Origin: Thermoanaerobaculia bacterium
GTDB lineage: Bacteria; Acidobacteriota; Thermoanaerobaculia; Multivoradales; UBA5704
Assembly (NCBI GenBank): GCA_035996875.1
Contig: DASYJD010000043.1
Coordinates: 6,724 to 70,723 of the forward strand
Length of the DNA: 64,000 nucleotides
Reading direction: 5' to 3'
The position numbers and the translations under genes were made by a program. The notes below the pieces were generated by a model. The model made no database searches, was not told the origin of the DNA, and worked only from the letters and a program-made list of their open reading frames with translations. Below, in pieces: positions 55,222 to 64,000 of the stretch (within the stretch, counting starts at the first letter, position 1; each line of letters opens with the position of its first letter).

Positions 55222-55782
55222 TCAGTCGTGGTGTTCCCCGTGCTCATGCTCCTCGTGCTCCGCGCCGGGAGCCCCGAGCCCGGCCTGTTGGACCATGGCC
55301 TGGTACTCCTGAGGATTGAGCTTCGGCATCTTCTGCAAGAAGGCGACGATGGCCCAGATCTCCTGATCGGTATGAGTGACGCCAAAGGCCGGCATGCCCG
55401 TCATCTTGAGCCCGTTCTTGACGATCCAGAAGGTCTCGCCCGGCGGGTCGCTGGCCACGTGGGCCGCGAGCTCCGGCGGATAGGGATTCAAGCCCTGGCC
55501 GATCTCGGAGATCTTGACCCCGGGAGCGCCGTGGCAGGTCGTGCACATCTCGTGGTAGTGAACGAGGCCCGTCCGGATCATTTGCGGATCGTCCAGCTTC
55601 GGCGGCGTGATGCCGTCGGCCCGCCGTGCTACCGAGCGGTTGCGCGTGGTATCGAGAATGCTCTTGAGGAACCCGTTATCGGGCGTGCTGGCGGCGACGT
55701 CGTATTGACCCGAGTACACGAAGGCGACTCCTGCCAGGGCCAGCAGGACCAGCACGAACACCAGAGTGCGAATCGTTTTCAT
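55222..55782 (-). CDS. Secreted mono-haem cytochrome c with His-rich C-terminus
   Basis: Signal peptide; CTTCHG haem motif; C-terminal HEEHEHGEHHD. Confidence 0.75.
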   Translation of the reverse strand: MKTIRTLVFVLVLLALAGVAFVYSGQYDVAASTPDNGFLKSILDTTRNRSVARRADGITPPKLDDPQMIRTGLVHYHEMCTTCHGAPGVKISEIGQGLNPYPPELAAHVASDPPGETFWIVKNGLKMTGMPAFGVTHTDQEIWAIVAFLQKMPKLNPQEYQAMVQQAGLGAPGAEHEEHEHGEHHD

Positions 55783-55813
55783 TTCCCCTCGTCCTCACGT
55801 AGAGTGAGCGGCT

Positions 55814-56995
55814 GTGTTGACTTCGCGCTCAGGCGGCGATCATCTCACGGCGGCCGGTTCCGCGGCCAGGGGAGACCTCGCCCTGGTGCTCACCGGCGGC
55901 GGGGCTCGAGGAGCCTATCAAGTCGGCGTGCTTCGGGGCCTGTCCAGGCATTTCCCCGACTTGAGCTTCCCGATCCTCGCCGGCGTCTCCGCCGGAGCCA
56001 TCAACGCCAGCTTTCTTGCCGCCCATCCAGGCAACCTCGCCGAGGCCACAGAGGAGCTCTACGGGATCTGGAGCCGTCTCGAAGCCGAAGACATCTTCCG
56101 CATCGACACCATCTCCCTCGCCCGCCACTTCACCCATTGGGCGGCCCAGCTCGCCTCCGGCGGCATGAGCCTCCCGGAGGTACGCGGTCTGGTGGACACC
56201 CGGCCCCTCCACGACACCATCCGGCACGCTTCCGCCACGGTGGACGGCGAGCTCATCGGCATTCAGCGCAACCTCGAGCGGGGAACGCTCAAGGCCCTGG
56301 CGCTGACGGCCCTCAATTACACCACCGAGCAGACGGTGACCTGGGTGCAGGCCCGAAAGGTCCAGCCTTGGAGCCAGCCGAGGCACCGCAGCCTGCCCGC
56401 CCGGATCACGACCGAGCACGTGATGGCCTCCGCCGCCCTGCCGCTGTTCTTCCCCGCCGTGCGCCTGGGAGACGATTGGTACGGCGACGGTGGCATTCGC
56501 CTCTCGACTCCGCTGGTCCCCCCTCTCCGCCTGGGAGCACGGCGCATCCTCGCCATCTCGCCTCACCACGAGCCCACCCAGGAGGAGGCCAACCGGGCAA
56601 AGAACGATGGCTATCCCCCGCCTGCCCAGATCCTGAGCCAGCTCATGGACGCCGTTTTCCTCGACATCCTGGACGAGGACGTGCGCCGCCTGGAGAGCAT
56701 CAACAGCCTGGTGACTCAGCTACCATCCGGGGCCGAGCGAGGGCCGCGAGAAGTGGCGATCCGGACCGTCCGTCCCTCTCAGGCCCTCGGCAGAATTGCC
56801 TCGTCCTACGAGCCCTGCCTGCCCGCGGGCTTCCGCTATCTCACCCGTAGCCTGGGCACCCGGGAGACGGACTCCTCGGACCTCCTGAGCTTCCTCATGT
56901 TCCAGCCGGACTATCTCCAGCGCCTCCTCAAGATGGGCGAAGAGGACGCCGAGGCGCGGCTGGACGACCTGCGCAGCCTGCTCGCGCCGGACTGA
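55814..56995 (+). CDS. Patatin-like phospholipase
   Basis: GGGARGAYQVG and GVSAG (GxSxG) motifs. Confidence 0.8.
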   Translation: MLTSRSGGDHLTAAGSAARGDLALVLTGGGARGAYQVGVLRGLSRHFPDLSFPILAGVSAGAINASFLAAHPGNLAEATEELYGIWSRLEAEDIFRIDTISLARHFTHWAAQLASGGMSLPEVRGLVDTRPLHDTIRHASATVDGELIGIQRNLERGTLKALALTALNYTTEQTVTWVQARKVQPWSQPRHRSLPARITTEHVMASAALPLFFPAVRLGDDWYGDGGIRLSTPLVPPLRLGARRILAISPHHEPTQEEANRAKNDGYPPPAQILSQLMDAVFLDILDEDVRRLESINSLVTQLPSGAERGPREVAIRTVRPSQALGRIASSYEPCLPAGFRYLTRSLGTRETDSSDLLSFLMFQPDYLQRLLKMGEEDAEARLDDLRSLLAPD

Positions 56996-56998
56996 CCC

Positions 56999-58084
56999 TC
57001 AGGCCACCGTCACCTCGGGACACAGGAAGACGTCCTGGATGATGCGGAAGAGCTCGATGCCCTCTTTCATTGGTCGCTGGAAAGCCTTGCGGCCGGAGAT
57101 CAGCCCGGAGCCGCCGGCCCGCTTGTTGATCACCGCCGTGCGCGCGGCGTCCGCGAAGTCGTCCGCCCCCTTGGATTCGCCGCCGGAGTTGATCAGGCTG
57201 GCGCGCCCCGAGTAGCAGTTCACCACCTGCCAGCGGTTCCAGTCGATGGGATTCTCGGTGACCAGCTCGCCGTAGACCTTGGGGCTCGTCTTGCCGAAGT
57301 TGATGGCCTTGTAGCCGCCGTTGAGCGTCGCCTGCTTCTGCTTGACGATGTCCGCCTGAATCGTCGCCGCCAAGTGGTTGGCCTGGCCGGTGAGGTCCGC
57401 CGACGTGTGATAGTCGACGCCGTCCTTCTTGAAAGCATCGTTGCGGGTATAGGCCCAGAGAACCGTCGCCAGCCCGAGCTCGTGGGCATGGTAGAAGGCT
57501 TCGGAAATCTCCACGATCTCGCGGTCGGAGTCGTCGCTGCCGAAGTAGATGGTGGCGCCCACGGCCGCCGCTCCCATCTCCCACGCCTGGTCGACGTTGC
57601 CGAAAAGGATCTGCTGGAACTTGTTGGGATATGTCAGCAGCTCGTTGTGGTTGATCTTGGCGATGAAGGGGATCTTGTGGGCGTATTTGCGGGCCAACGA
57701 GCCCAGCACCCCGACGGTGGACGCCACGGCGTTGCACTGCGCCTCGACCGCCAGCCGGACGATGTTCTCCGGATCGAAGTAGATGGGGTTCGGCGCGAAG
57801 GAAGCCGCCGCCGAGTGCTCCACTCCCTGATCCACGGGAAGGATCGACAGGTAGCCCGAATTCGCCAGCCGGCCCGAGCCGTAGAGCCGTTGCAGGTTCA
57901 CCAGTACAGGCGCTTTGCGGTCCGAGAGCCCCCAGGCCTGGGCGACGTGATCGGGGCCCGGCAGCATGATCTGGTCCTTGGGAATCCCCTTGCAGGTGAA
58001 GGAGAGAAGATTGTCCGCGTCGTTGCCGAGATACTCCACGATGTGGTCGATGGCGCCGCTTCCCGTACGCTCCACTATGGCCAT
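56999..58084 (-). CDS. fbaB: Class I fructose-bisphosphate aldolase (FbaB type)
   Basis: Near-colinear similarity to E. coli FbaB (...DADNLL...[13 protein letters not shown]...VINKRAGG...). ATG at 58084. Confidence 0.85.
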   Translation of the reverse strand: MAIVERTGSGAIDHIVEYLGNDADNLLSFTCKGIPKDQIMLPGPDHVAQAWGLSDRKAPVLVNLQRLYGSGRLANSGYLSILPVDQGVEHSAAASFAPNPIYFDPENIVRLAVEAQCNAVASTVGVLGSLARKYAHKIPFIAKINHNELLTYPNKFQQILFGNVDQAWEMGAAAVGATIYFGSDDSDREIVEISEAFYHAHELGLATVLWAYTRNDAFKKDGVDYHTSADLTGQANHLAATIQADIVKQKQATLNGGYKAINFGKTSPKVYGELVTENPIDWNRWQVVNCYSGRASLINSGGESKGADDFADAARTAVINKRAGGSGLISGRKAFQRPMKEGIELFRIIQDVFLCPEVTVA

Positions 58085-58213
58085 TGGGGTCGTCCCTCCC
58101 TGTCGTTCTCTCAAAGTTGGACGCGTCCGCAGCGGGCCGCGCGCCGCCTATCTTATCAGCCCGATCCCGGATGGTAGGATCTCCGCGGTTTTTTCCCAAC
58201 TTCGAGGAGGCCC

Positions 58214-59728
58214 ATGACCGACACGCTGAGAAGCCTCGCATTCGGCGCTATCGCAACCCTGCTCGGCATCGCCGTGGGCTGTGCCAGCGCCGCCCCGCCC
58301 CGGCCGGCGCACACGCCGATGGCGAAAGCAGCCCCGGCTCCAGTTCCGAAGATCCCCCAAAAGGACCCCGAGCCCGCGGCTCCCCCACCGGCGGCAAAGC
58401 CCGCCGAGATCGCTTTCCCGTCCACCTACAAGCCGATCCCCTCCAAGCCCATGCTCATCACCAACGCCACGCTCCTCACCGCCGCTGGCGACCGCATCGC
58501 CAACGGCTCGATCCTGCTGAGCGACGGCAAGGTCGTCGCCGTGGGCGCGAGCGTCACCGCCCCGGCCGGCGCCACCGTCGTCGACGGCACCGGCAAGTGG
58601 GTGACGCCGGGGATCATCGACCCCCATTCCCACCTGGGCGTCTACGCCGCGCCGGGCGTCGAAGCCAATTCCGACGGCAACGAGGCTACGAACCCGAATA
58701 CGGCCGAGGTCTGGGCCGAGCACTCCGTGTGGCCCCAGGACCCGCAGTTCCCCCTGGCGCTCGCCGGCGGCGTGACCACCATGCAGATTCTCCCGGGCTC
58801 CGCCAACCTCTTCGGCGGCCGCAGCGTGACGGTGAAGAACGTGCCGGCCCGCAGCGTCTACGACATGAAGTTCCCCGGCGCCCCCTACGGCCTCAAGATG
58901 GCCTGCGGCGAGAATCCCAAGCGGGTCTACGGCAGCAAGGGGCGAAGCCCCGCGACCCGCATGGGCAACGTGGCCGGTTATCGAACGGGCTGGATCAAGG
59001 CCCGCGAGTACATGGACAAGTGGGACCGGTACGAGGCGAGGAAGAAGTCCGGCAAGGAGCCCGCTCCCGGTGGCCGGGAGGCCGAGCCGCCCACCCGCGA
59101 TCTCCAACTCGAAACTCTGGCGGGCGTGCTTCGCGGCGAGATCCTGGTGCAGAACCATTGCTATCGCGCCGACGAGATGCTCACCATGATCGACGTCGCG
59201 AAAGAGTTCGGCTACAAGGTCACGGCCTTCCACCACGCCGTCGAGGCGTACAAGATCGCCGACGTGCTGGCCGCCAACGGCATCTGCGCCGACATGTGGG
59301 CCGACTGGTGGGGTTTCAAGATGGAGGCCTTCGACGGCATCCGCGAGAACATCGCCCTGGTCGAAAAGGCCGGCGCCTGCGCCATCGTCCACTCCGATTC
59401 GGCCGACGGCATTCAGCGCCTCAACCAGGAAGCCGCCAAGGCCATGGCCGCCGGCAACCGGATGGGGATGCACCTGCGGGAGGAGGACGCCATCCGCTGG
59501 CTGACGATCAATCCCGCGCGGTCGCTGGGGATCGACAAACAGACCGGAACTCTGGAAGCGGGCAAGATGGCGGACGTCGTGCTGTGGAGCGGCAATCCGT
59601 TCAGCGTCTACAGCCGCGCCGAAAAGGTTTACATCGACGGCGCCCTGATGTACGACCGCAACGATCCCTCTCACCAGCCGGAGATGGACTTCGAGCTCGG
59701 TATCCGTGATGCCGGGGAGGGCCAGTGA
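58214..59728 (+). CDS. Amidohydrolase-family lipoprotein
   Basis: Lipobox LLGIAVGCAS; metal-binding GIIDPHSHLG. Confidence 0.8.
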   Translation: MTDTLRSLAFGAIATLLGIAVGCASAAPPRPAHTPMAKAAPAPVPKIPQKDPEPAAPPPAAKPAEIAFPSTYKPIPSKPMLITNATLLTAAGDRIANGSILLSDGKVVAVGASVTAPAGATVVDGTGKWVTPGIIDPHSHLGVYAAPGVEANSDGNEATNPNTAEVWAEHSVWPQDPQFPLALAGGVTTMQILPGSANLFGGRSVTVKNVPARSVYDMKFPGAPYGLKMACGENPKRVYGSKGRSPATRMGNVAGYRTGWIKAREYMDKWDRYEARKKSGKEPAPGGREAEPPTRDLQLETLAGVLRGEILVQNHCYRADEMLTMIDVAKEFGYKVTAFHHAVEAYKIADVLAANGICADMWADWWGFKMEAFDGIRENIALVEKAGACAIVHSDSADGIQRLNQEAAKAMAAGNRMGMHLREEDAIRWLTINPARSLGIDKQTGTLEAGKMADVVLWSGNPFSVYSRAEKVYIDGALMYDRNDPSHQPEMDFELGIRDAGEGQ

Positions 59729-61008
59729 TGCGCCGCTCAATCTCGATCTTCCTATTTTCTCTTTCAGTTCTCGCCGGCCCGGTCCTCGCCGAAACGGTGG
59801 CGATCACCGGCGCCACGATTCACACGCAAGGTCCGCAGGGAACGATTCAGAACGGCACCCTGGTGATCGAAAACGGCCGCGTCCGTGCAGTCGGCGGCCC
59901 GGCAGTCAAAGTGCCCGCGGGCGCCCGCCGGATCGACGCTCACGGCAAGGTCGTCACCCCCGGCCTCTTCGACTCCCTCTCGACGCTGGGCGTCGTCGAG
60001 GTCGGCGCCGTCGAGGGCACCCGGGACGCCCGCGTCCAGGACGACCGTGTCACCGCCGCTTTCAGCGTCGCGGACGCGATCAACCCGCGCTCGGTGCTCA
60101 TTCCGGTAAACCGCATCGAAGGGCTGACCCGTGCGGTGATCGCACCCAACCCCGGCAAGAGCCTCATCGCCGGCCAAGGCGCCATCATGACTCTCGGGGG
60201 ACCCGGCGACTTCCTGGTCCGCTCGCCCATTGCCATGTTTGCCGTCTTCGGCGAGCAGGGAGCCCATCTCGCGGGCGGCTCGCGGGCGGCAGCTCTGCTC
60301 CGTCTCAAGGAGGCGTTCCAGGACGCTCTCGACTACAACGCCAACCGCAAGGCGTTCGACACCGGGGACCGGCGCTCCTATGCCCTCTCGCGCCTCGATC
60401 TGGAGGCTCTGCTGCCGGTGATCAAGGGAACGCTCCCGCTGGTGGTGGCCGTCGATCGGGCGAGCGACATCGAAACCCTGCTGCGCTTCGCCAAAGAGTG
60501 GAAGCTCAAGCTGATCCTCTCCGGCGCCGCGGAGGGATGGAAAGTGGCGGACCAGATCGCCGCGGCCAAGGTGCCGGTCCTCGTCAATCCGATGAACGAT
60601 CTGCCCGACAGCTTCGAAAGCATGGGATCGACTCTGGAGAACTCAGCGCGCCTTCACAAAGCGGGAGTGACCTTCGCCTTCATGACCGGCGACGCCCACA
60701 ACGCCCGCAACCTCAAGCAGGGCGCCGGCAACGCCGTCGCCTACGGCCTCCCCTGGGACGCCGCCTTAGAAGCCATCACCACCGCGCCCGCCCGCATCTG
60801 GGGAATCGCCGATCATTACGGCAGCCTCGAGCCCGGAAAAGACGCCGACGTTGTGATCTGGGACGGCGATCCCCTGGAGCTCTCCACCTTCGCGGACGCC
60901 GTCTTCATCCGCGGCAAGGAAATGCCGATGAAAAGCCGGCAGACCGAGCTGCGGGACCGCTACAAGGATCTCGGGGGCTCCGTCCCCCTGGCCTACAGAA
61001 AGCCCTGA
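59725..61008 (+). CDS. Amidohydrolase-family protein (secreted), tandem paralogue
   Basis: Signal peptide; 4-nt overlap with the upstream amidohydrolase. Confidence 0.8.
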   Translation: MMRRSISIFLFSLSVLAGPVLAETVAITGATIHTQGPQGTIQNGTLVIENGRVRAVGGPAVKVPAGARRIDAHGKVVTPGLFDSLSTLGVVEVGAVEGTRDARVQDDRVTAAFSVADAINPRSVLIPVNRIEGLTRAVIAPNPGKSLIAGQGAIMTLGGPGDFLVRSPIAMFAVFGEQGAHLAGGSRAAALLRLKEAFQDALDYNANRKAFDTGDRRSYALSRLDLEALLPVIKGTLPLVVAVDRASDIETLLRFAKEWKLKLILSGAAEGWKVADQIAAAKVPVLVNPMNDLPDSFESMGSTLENSARLHKAGVTFAFMTGDAHNARNLKQGAGNAVAYGLPWDAALEAITTAPARIWGIADHYGSLEPGKDADVVIWDGDPLELSTFADAVFIRGKEMPMKSRQTELRDRYKDLGGSVPLAYRKP

Positions 61009-61709
61009 GATCGGTAGGACGACGTGGGGGCCGGCGACGGCCCCCACAATGTAAACAAGCTGTACGTCACCGCCCAAGCCCCCACCACGTCCACCGTGTA
61101 GTGAAGATGCGAGAGCATCACGACCGCCACCGTCGCCCAGTGGCCCAGGGCGGCGGTGCGGCGGAGCCAGGGGGTCTCGCGGCGGCAGTAGAGCCAGAGG
61201 AGGAAGGTCGAGGAGACGTGACCGGAGAAGAAGAGGTCTTTCGTCAGGTAGACCTGCGCGGCGTTGCCGAAGAGAGTCGCGAACGGATTCACGAGCGCCA
61301 GCCAGGCGTGCAGGATCGCCGTACCGTGGAGACCGGCGTTGACGTCCGGGCCGATGACGGGACCCAAGCCGGTCAAGCCGACGCAAAGCCCCCGCGCGAG
61401 GCTTACGATTCCACCCAGATAAAGAAAGCGCAGGAAGGCCGGCCGGTCCCGCCGCCAGAGCCACAGCGCCATGGGGATGTAGCACAACAACCAGAGCCAG
61501 TAATTGTGATCCGCGATCCACGACACCCGCGGCAGCCGGTCGAGGACGAGATCCGGCAGCGACGGCGCCGGCCGGCCCTCGGTCAGCAGGGACAACAGGA
61601 GCATCGCTGCGTGGCAAGCGTATCGCCACGCCACGGCCAGGGCGACGGCCGTCCACCCCGGCCCCCAGAGGAGCTTCGAAACCCGCGACGGGGAGGACTC
61701 TTCGCTCAC
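60993..61709 (-). CDS. PAP2-superfamily membrane phosphatase
   Basis: FFSGH...SHLHYTVDVVGA motifs. GTG start at 61709 overlapping the permease stop (GTGA). The track's N-terminal extension is rejected. Confidence 0.6.
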   Translation of the reverse strand: MSEESSPSRVSKLLWGPGWTAVALAVAWRYACHAAMLLLSLLTEGRPAPSLPDLVLDRLPRVSWIADHNYWLWLLCYIPMALWLWRRDRPAFLRFLYLGGIVSLARGLCVGLTGLGPVIGPDVNAGLHGTAILHAWLALVNPFATLFGNAAQVYLTKDLFFSGHVSSTFLLWLYCRRETPWLRRTAALGHWATVAVVMLSHLHYTVDVVGAWAVTYSLFTLWGPSPAPTSSYRSQGFL

Positions 61710-64000
61710 TCCCGCCGCAACGCCACCAGGGGATCCACCAGCGCCGCGCGGCGCGCCGGCAGATAACAGGCCATGAAGCCGACGAGGGACAACACCGCGA
61801 GAACGAGGGCGAAGATCGCCGGGTCCGTCGCCGTGACGCCGAAGAGCAGGCTCGCCAGCACCTTTCGCAGCGCCAGCGCGCCCACCACACCCAGCGCCAG
61901 CCCGATCCCCACCAGCCACGCGCCCTGGGCCAACACCATCGCCAGCACCTCCCGCACCTGAGCGCCCAACGCCATCCGCACGCCGATCTCCTGCGTCCTC
62001 TGCTCCACCATGTAGGCGAGGACTCCGTAGATGCCGATCGCCGCGAGCGCCAGCGCCACCACGGCGAAAACCAGCACCATGAAGGTGATGAATCGCGGCT
62101 GCGCCATCGACCCATAGACCACGTTCGAAAGCGGCTGGAGGCTCGCGACCGGCAGCGACGCGTCGAGGTCCCGCACCTGGCCGCGGACACTGGTGGCGAG
62201 CCGCATGGGATCGCCCGCCGTCCGAATCACCAGGTACAGATCCCCCTCGCGTCCGCCGAACGCCTCTTCGACCTGGCCGTGGGGAAGGTAGAGCTCGGTC
62301 CCTGTCTTCTGGTCGAGCCCCTGCTGCTTCACGTCGGCCGCCACACCGACGATGGTCAGCCACGGGCTCTTGTCTCCTCCCGCCCGCAACCGCCGGCCGA
62401 TCGGGCTCCTGCCGGGGTAGAACAGGTTGGCCAGGGTCCGGTTGACGATCACCACACCCTGCGTGCCATGGCCGTCCTGCGGCCCGAAGGTCCGCCCTTC
62501 GAGCAATGGGATGCGCATCGTCTTGAAGTAGTCGCCGGCCACGATCTGCCAGAAGTCCACGTTCTGAGGCGGGGCGTCCGGCGTCTTCGGCAGCCCCTCG
62601 AAATCGGTGTCGTTGGCGTTCAGGTCGCGAACGGGCGGCATGCCGTCCATGGCGGCCACGGATTCAACACCCGGCAGGGCGCCCAGCCGGGTAAGGAGAG
62701 ACTGATAGAAATCCCGCACGTTGTGCGCCTCGGGATAGGTGGCCCTGGGCAGGGCGATCTCGCAGGAGAGGACGTTTTTCGGATCGAACCCGGGGTTGAC
62801 CTGGAGCAGCTTCCAGAAGCTGCGGATCATCAGGCCGCCGCCGATCACCAGCATGGCGGCCAGCGCCACCTCGACGATCACCAGCCCCCGGCGCAGCCGC
62901 TGCCGGCCCGTGCCCGCCGTCGTCCTCTGGCCCCCTTCCTTCAGCGTGGCGAAGAAGGTGCTGGCGCGCGAGTGGAAGGCCGGCGCGAGGCCGAAAAGCA
63001 GGCCGGTGACCACGGAGATGCCGAGAGTGAAAAGCAGAGTCCGCCCGTCGAGCCCGATCTCGTCCACCCGCGGCAGGCTCTCCGCGTTGGCGGCGACGAT
63101 CGCCTTCACGCCTCCGAAGGCCAGCGCCAGCCCGAGAACGCCGCCGATCAGCGACAACAGCACGCTCTCCGTAAGGAACTGGCGAACCAGCCGGGAACGG
63201 TCGGCGCCCAGGGCGGTGCGGATGGCGATCTCCTTCTGCCGCGCCTCGGCCCGCGCCAGCAGCAGGTTGGCGACGTTGACGCAACTGATGAGCAGCACCA
63301 GCCCCACCGCCCCCATGAGCATGCTGATCTTGGGCCGCACCGAACCCACCAGATCGTCCTGCAGAGGCTGAATGACGAAGGGATGATTATCGAGGCTGGG
63401 CGTGTGCATCTTCTGCCCTTCCTGGCGCCAGCGGGCGAGAAGGCCGTGCATCTCGCCGCGCGCCTGCTCCAGGGAGACGCCCGGCTTCAGCCGGCCCACG
63501 AGCCACAGGTAGTGATTTCCCCGGTTTCCCGGCTTGAGCGGGTCGAGCGCCAGGGGCACCCAAGCGTCCACCCGCTTGTCGCCGACGGTGAAGCCGGGCG
63601 GCATTACGCCGATCACCGTGCGATCCAGGCTGTCCACCTTGATGCGCCGGCCCAGGATGCCGCGGTCGGCTCCGAAGGCCCGGCGCCAGAGCGCGTCGCT
63701 GAGCACTACCACCTTCTCGACGTTGGGCAGATCCTCGGCAGGAGTGTAGAAGTGACCCAACTCCGGCCGCACGTTCAACGCGCTGAGCAGCCCGGCCGAG
63801 GCCACGGCAGCCTGCACCCGCACCGGCTCGTCGCGGCCCGCCACGTTGGCGAACGTGGGGCGATAGGCCCCCAAGTCCGAAAAGCTCTGATTGCGCTCGT
63901 GGTACTCCGTGAACTCCACGGGATCGACCCAGAAATGATTGAAGCCCATGCCGGGAAACTGGCTGTAGACGATCGCCAGCCGGCTGGAGTCGGGGTACGG
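61706..64000 (-). CDS. MacB/FtsX-type ABC transporter permease, 5' end beyond the window
   Basis: FtsX domain C-terminus and large periplasmic domain. The frame stays open through position 64000 (...PYPDSSRLAIVYSQFPGMGFNHFW). Confidence 0.8.
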   Translation of the reverse strand, partial: PYPDSSRLAIVYSQFPGMGFNHFWVDPVEFTEYHERNQSFSDLGAYRPTFANVAGRDEPVRVQAAVASAGLLSALNVRPELGHFYTPAEDLPNVEKVVVLSDALWRRAFGADRGILGRRIKVDSLDRTVIGVMPPGFTVGDKRVDAWVPLALDPLKPGNRGNHYLWLVGRLKPGVSLEQARGEMHGLLARWRQEGQKMHTPSLDNHPFVIQPLQDDLVGSVRPKISMLMGAVGLVLLISCVNVANLLLARAEARQKEIAIRTALGADRSRLVRQFLTESVLLSLIGGVLGLALAFGGVKAIVAANAESLPRVDEIGLDGRTLLFTLGISVVTGLLFGLAPAFHSRASTFFATLKEGGQRTTAGTGRQRLRRGLVIVEVALAAMLVIGGGLMIRSFWKLLQVNPGFDPKNVLSCEIALPRATYPEAHNVRDFYQSLLTRLGALPGVESVAAMDGMPPVRDLNANDTDFEGLPKTPDAPPQNVDFWQIVAGDYFKTMRIPLLEGRTFGPQDGHGTQGVVIVNRTLANLFYPGRSPIGRRLRAGGDKSPWLTIVGVAADVKQQGLDQKTGTELYLPHGQVEEAFGGREGDLYLVIRTAGDPMRLATSVRGQVRDLDASLPVASLQPLSNVVYGSMAQPRFITFMVLVFAVVALALAAIGIYGVLAYMVEQRTQEIGVRMALGAQVREVLAMVLAQGAWLVGIGLALGVVGALALRKVLASLLFGVTATDPAIFALVLAVLSLVGFMACYLPARRAALVDPLVALRRE

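Noticed and set aside
1-64000. tRNA, rRNA and tmRNA genes
   Set aside because: No cloverleaf-like or T-arm (GGTTCGAATCC-type) sequences were seen by eye at island borders or elsewhere, and no rRNA-like stretches. A proper tRNAscan or Infernal run is needed to exclude small RNAs.

Overview
This is a high-GC (~68%) bacterial chromosomal window with a mosaic of core and accessory DNA. The [NiFe]-hydrogenase and hyp gene content suggests a soil Acidobacteria-like organism, but that is inference.

Region 2.2-20.6 kb is a [NiFe]-hydrogenase locus: hypF, then hypE-hypD-hypC, a maturation protease, conserved accessory genes, a NifU-like gene, the large and small subunits, and a divergent hypA-hypB pair. 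Its sequence features fit the cytoplasmic group 1h/5 'high-affinity' type: the small subunit lacks a Tat signal, the large subunit has RICGICG and DPCLPCGVH motifs. A STAND NTPase gene (Mrr-like nuclease, NB-ARC, TPR) and a 21-bp tandem array sit inside the locus between REP-like hairpins.

After a third REP hairpin comes an AT-richer accessory island (~23.6-34.4 kb). It holds a DUF1801 gene, a Phd/YefM-RelE-like toxin-antitoxin pair and a Type III res-mod system. A 2.3-kb segment of that system, flanked by 18-bp perfect inverted repeats, is inverted so that both res and mod are split. The island also holds a long-inverted-repeat element with an internal 21-bp array, and a cassette encoding a TIR-(TM)-TonB_C fusion protein plus an XRE regulator, flanked by ~330-bp direct repeats of the proline dehydrogenase 3' end.

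The rest is housekeeping: lipA, nrtR-nadABC with lipB, glgCA, a 2-oxoacid dehydrogenase operon, fbaB, two amidohydrolases and an ABC permease.

The ORF track labels the Res ORF (27612..30440) as '+'. The sequence shows it is on the minus strand, starting at 30440.
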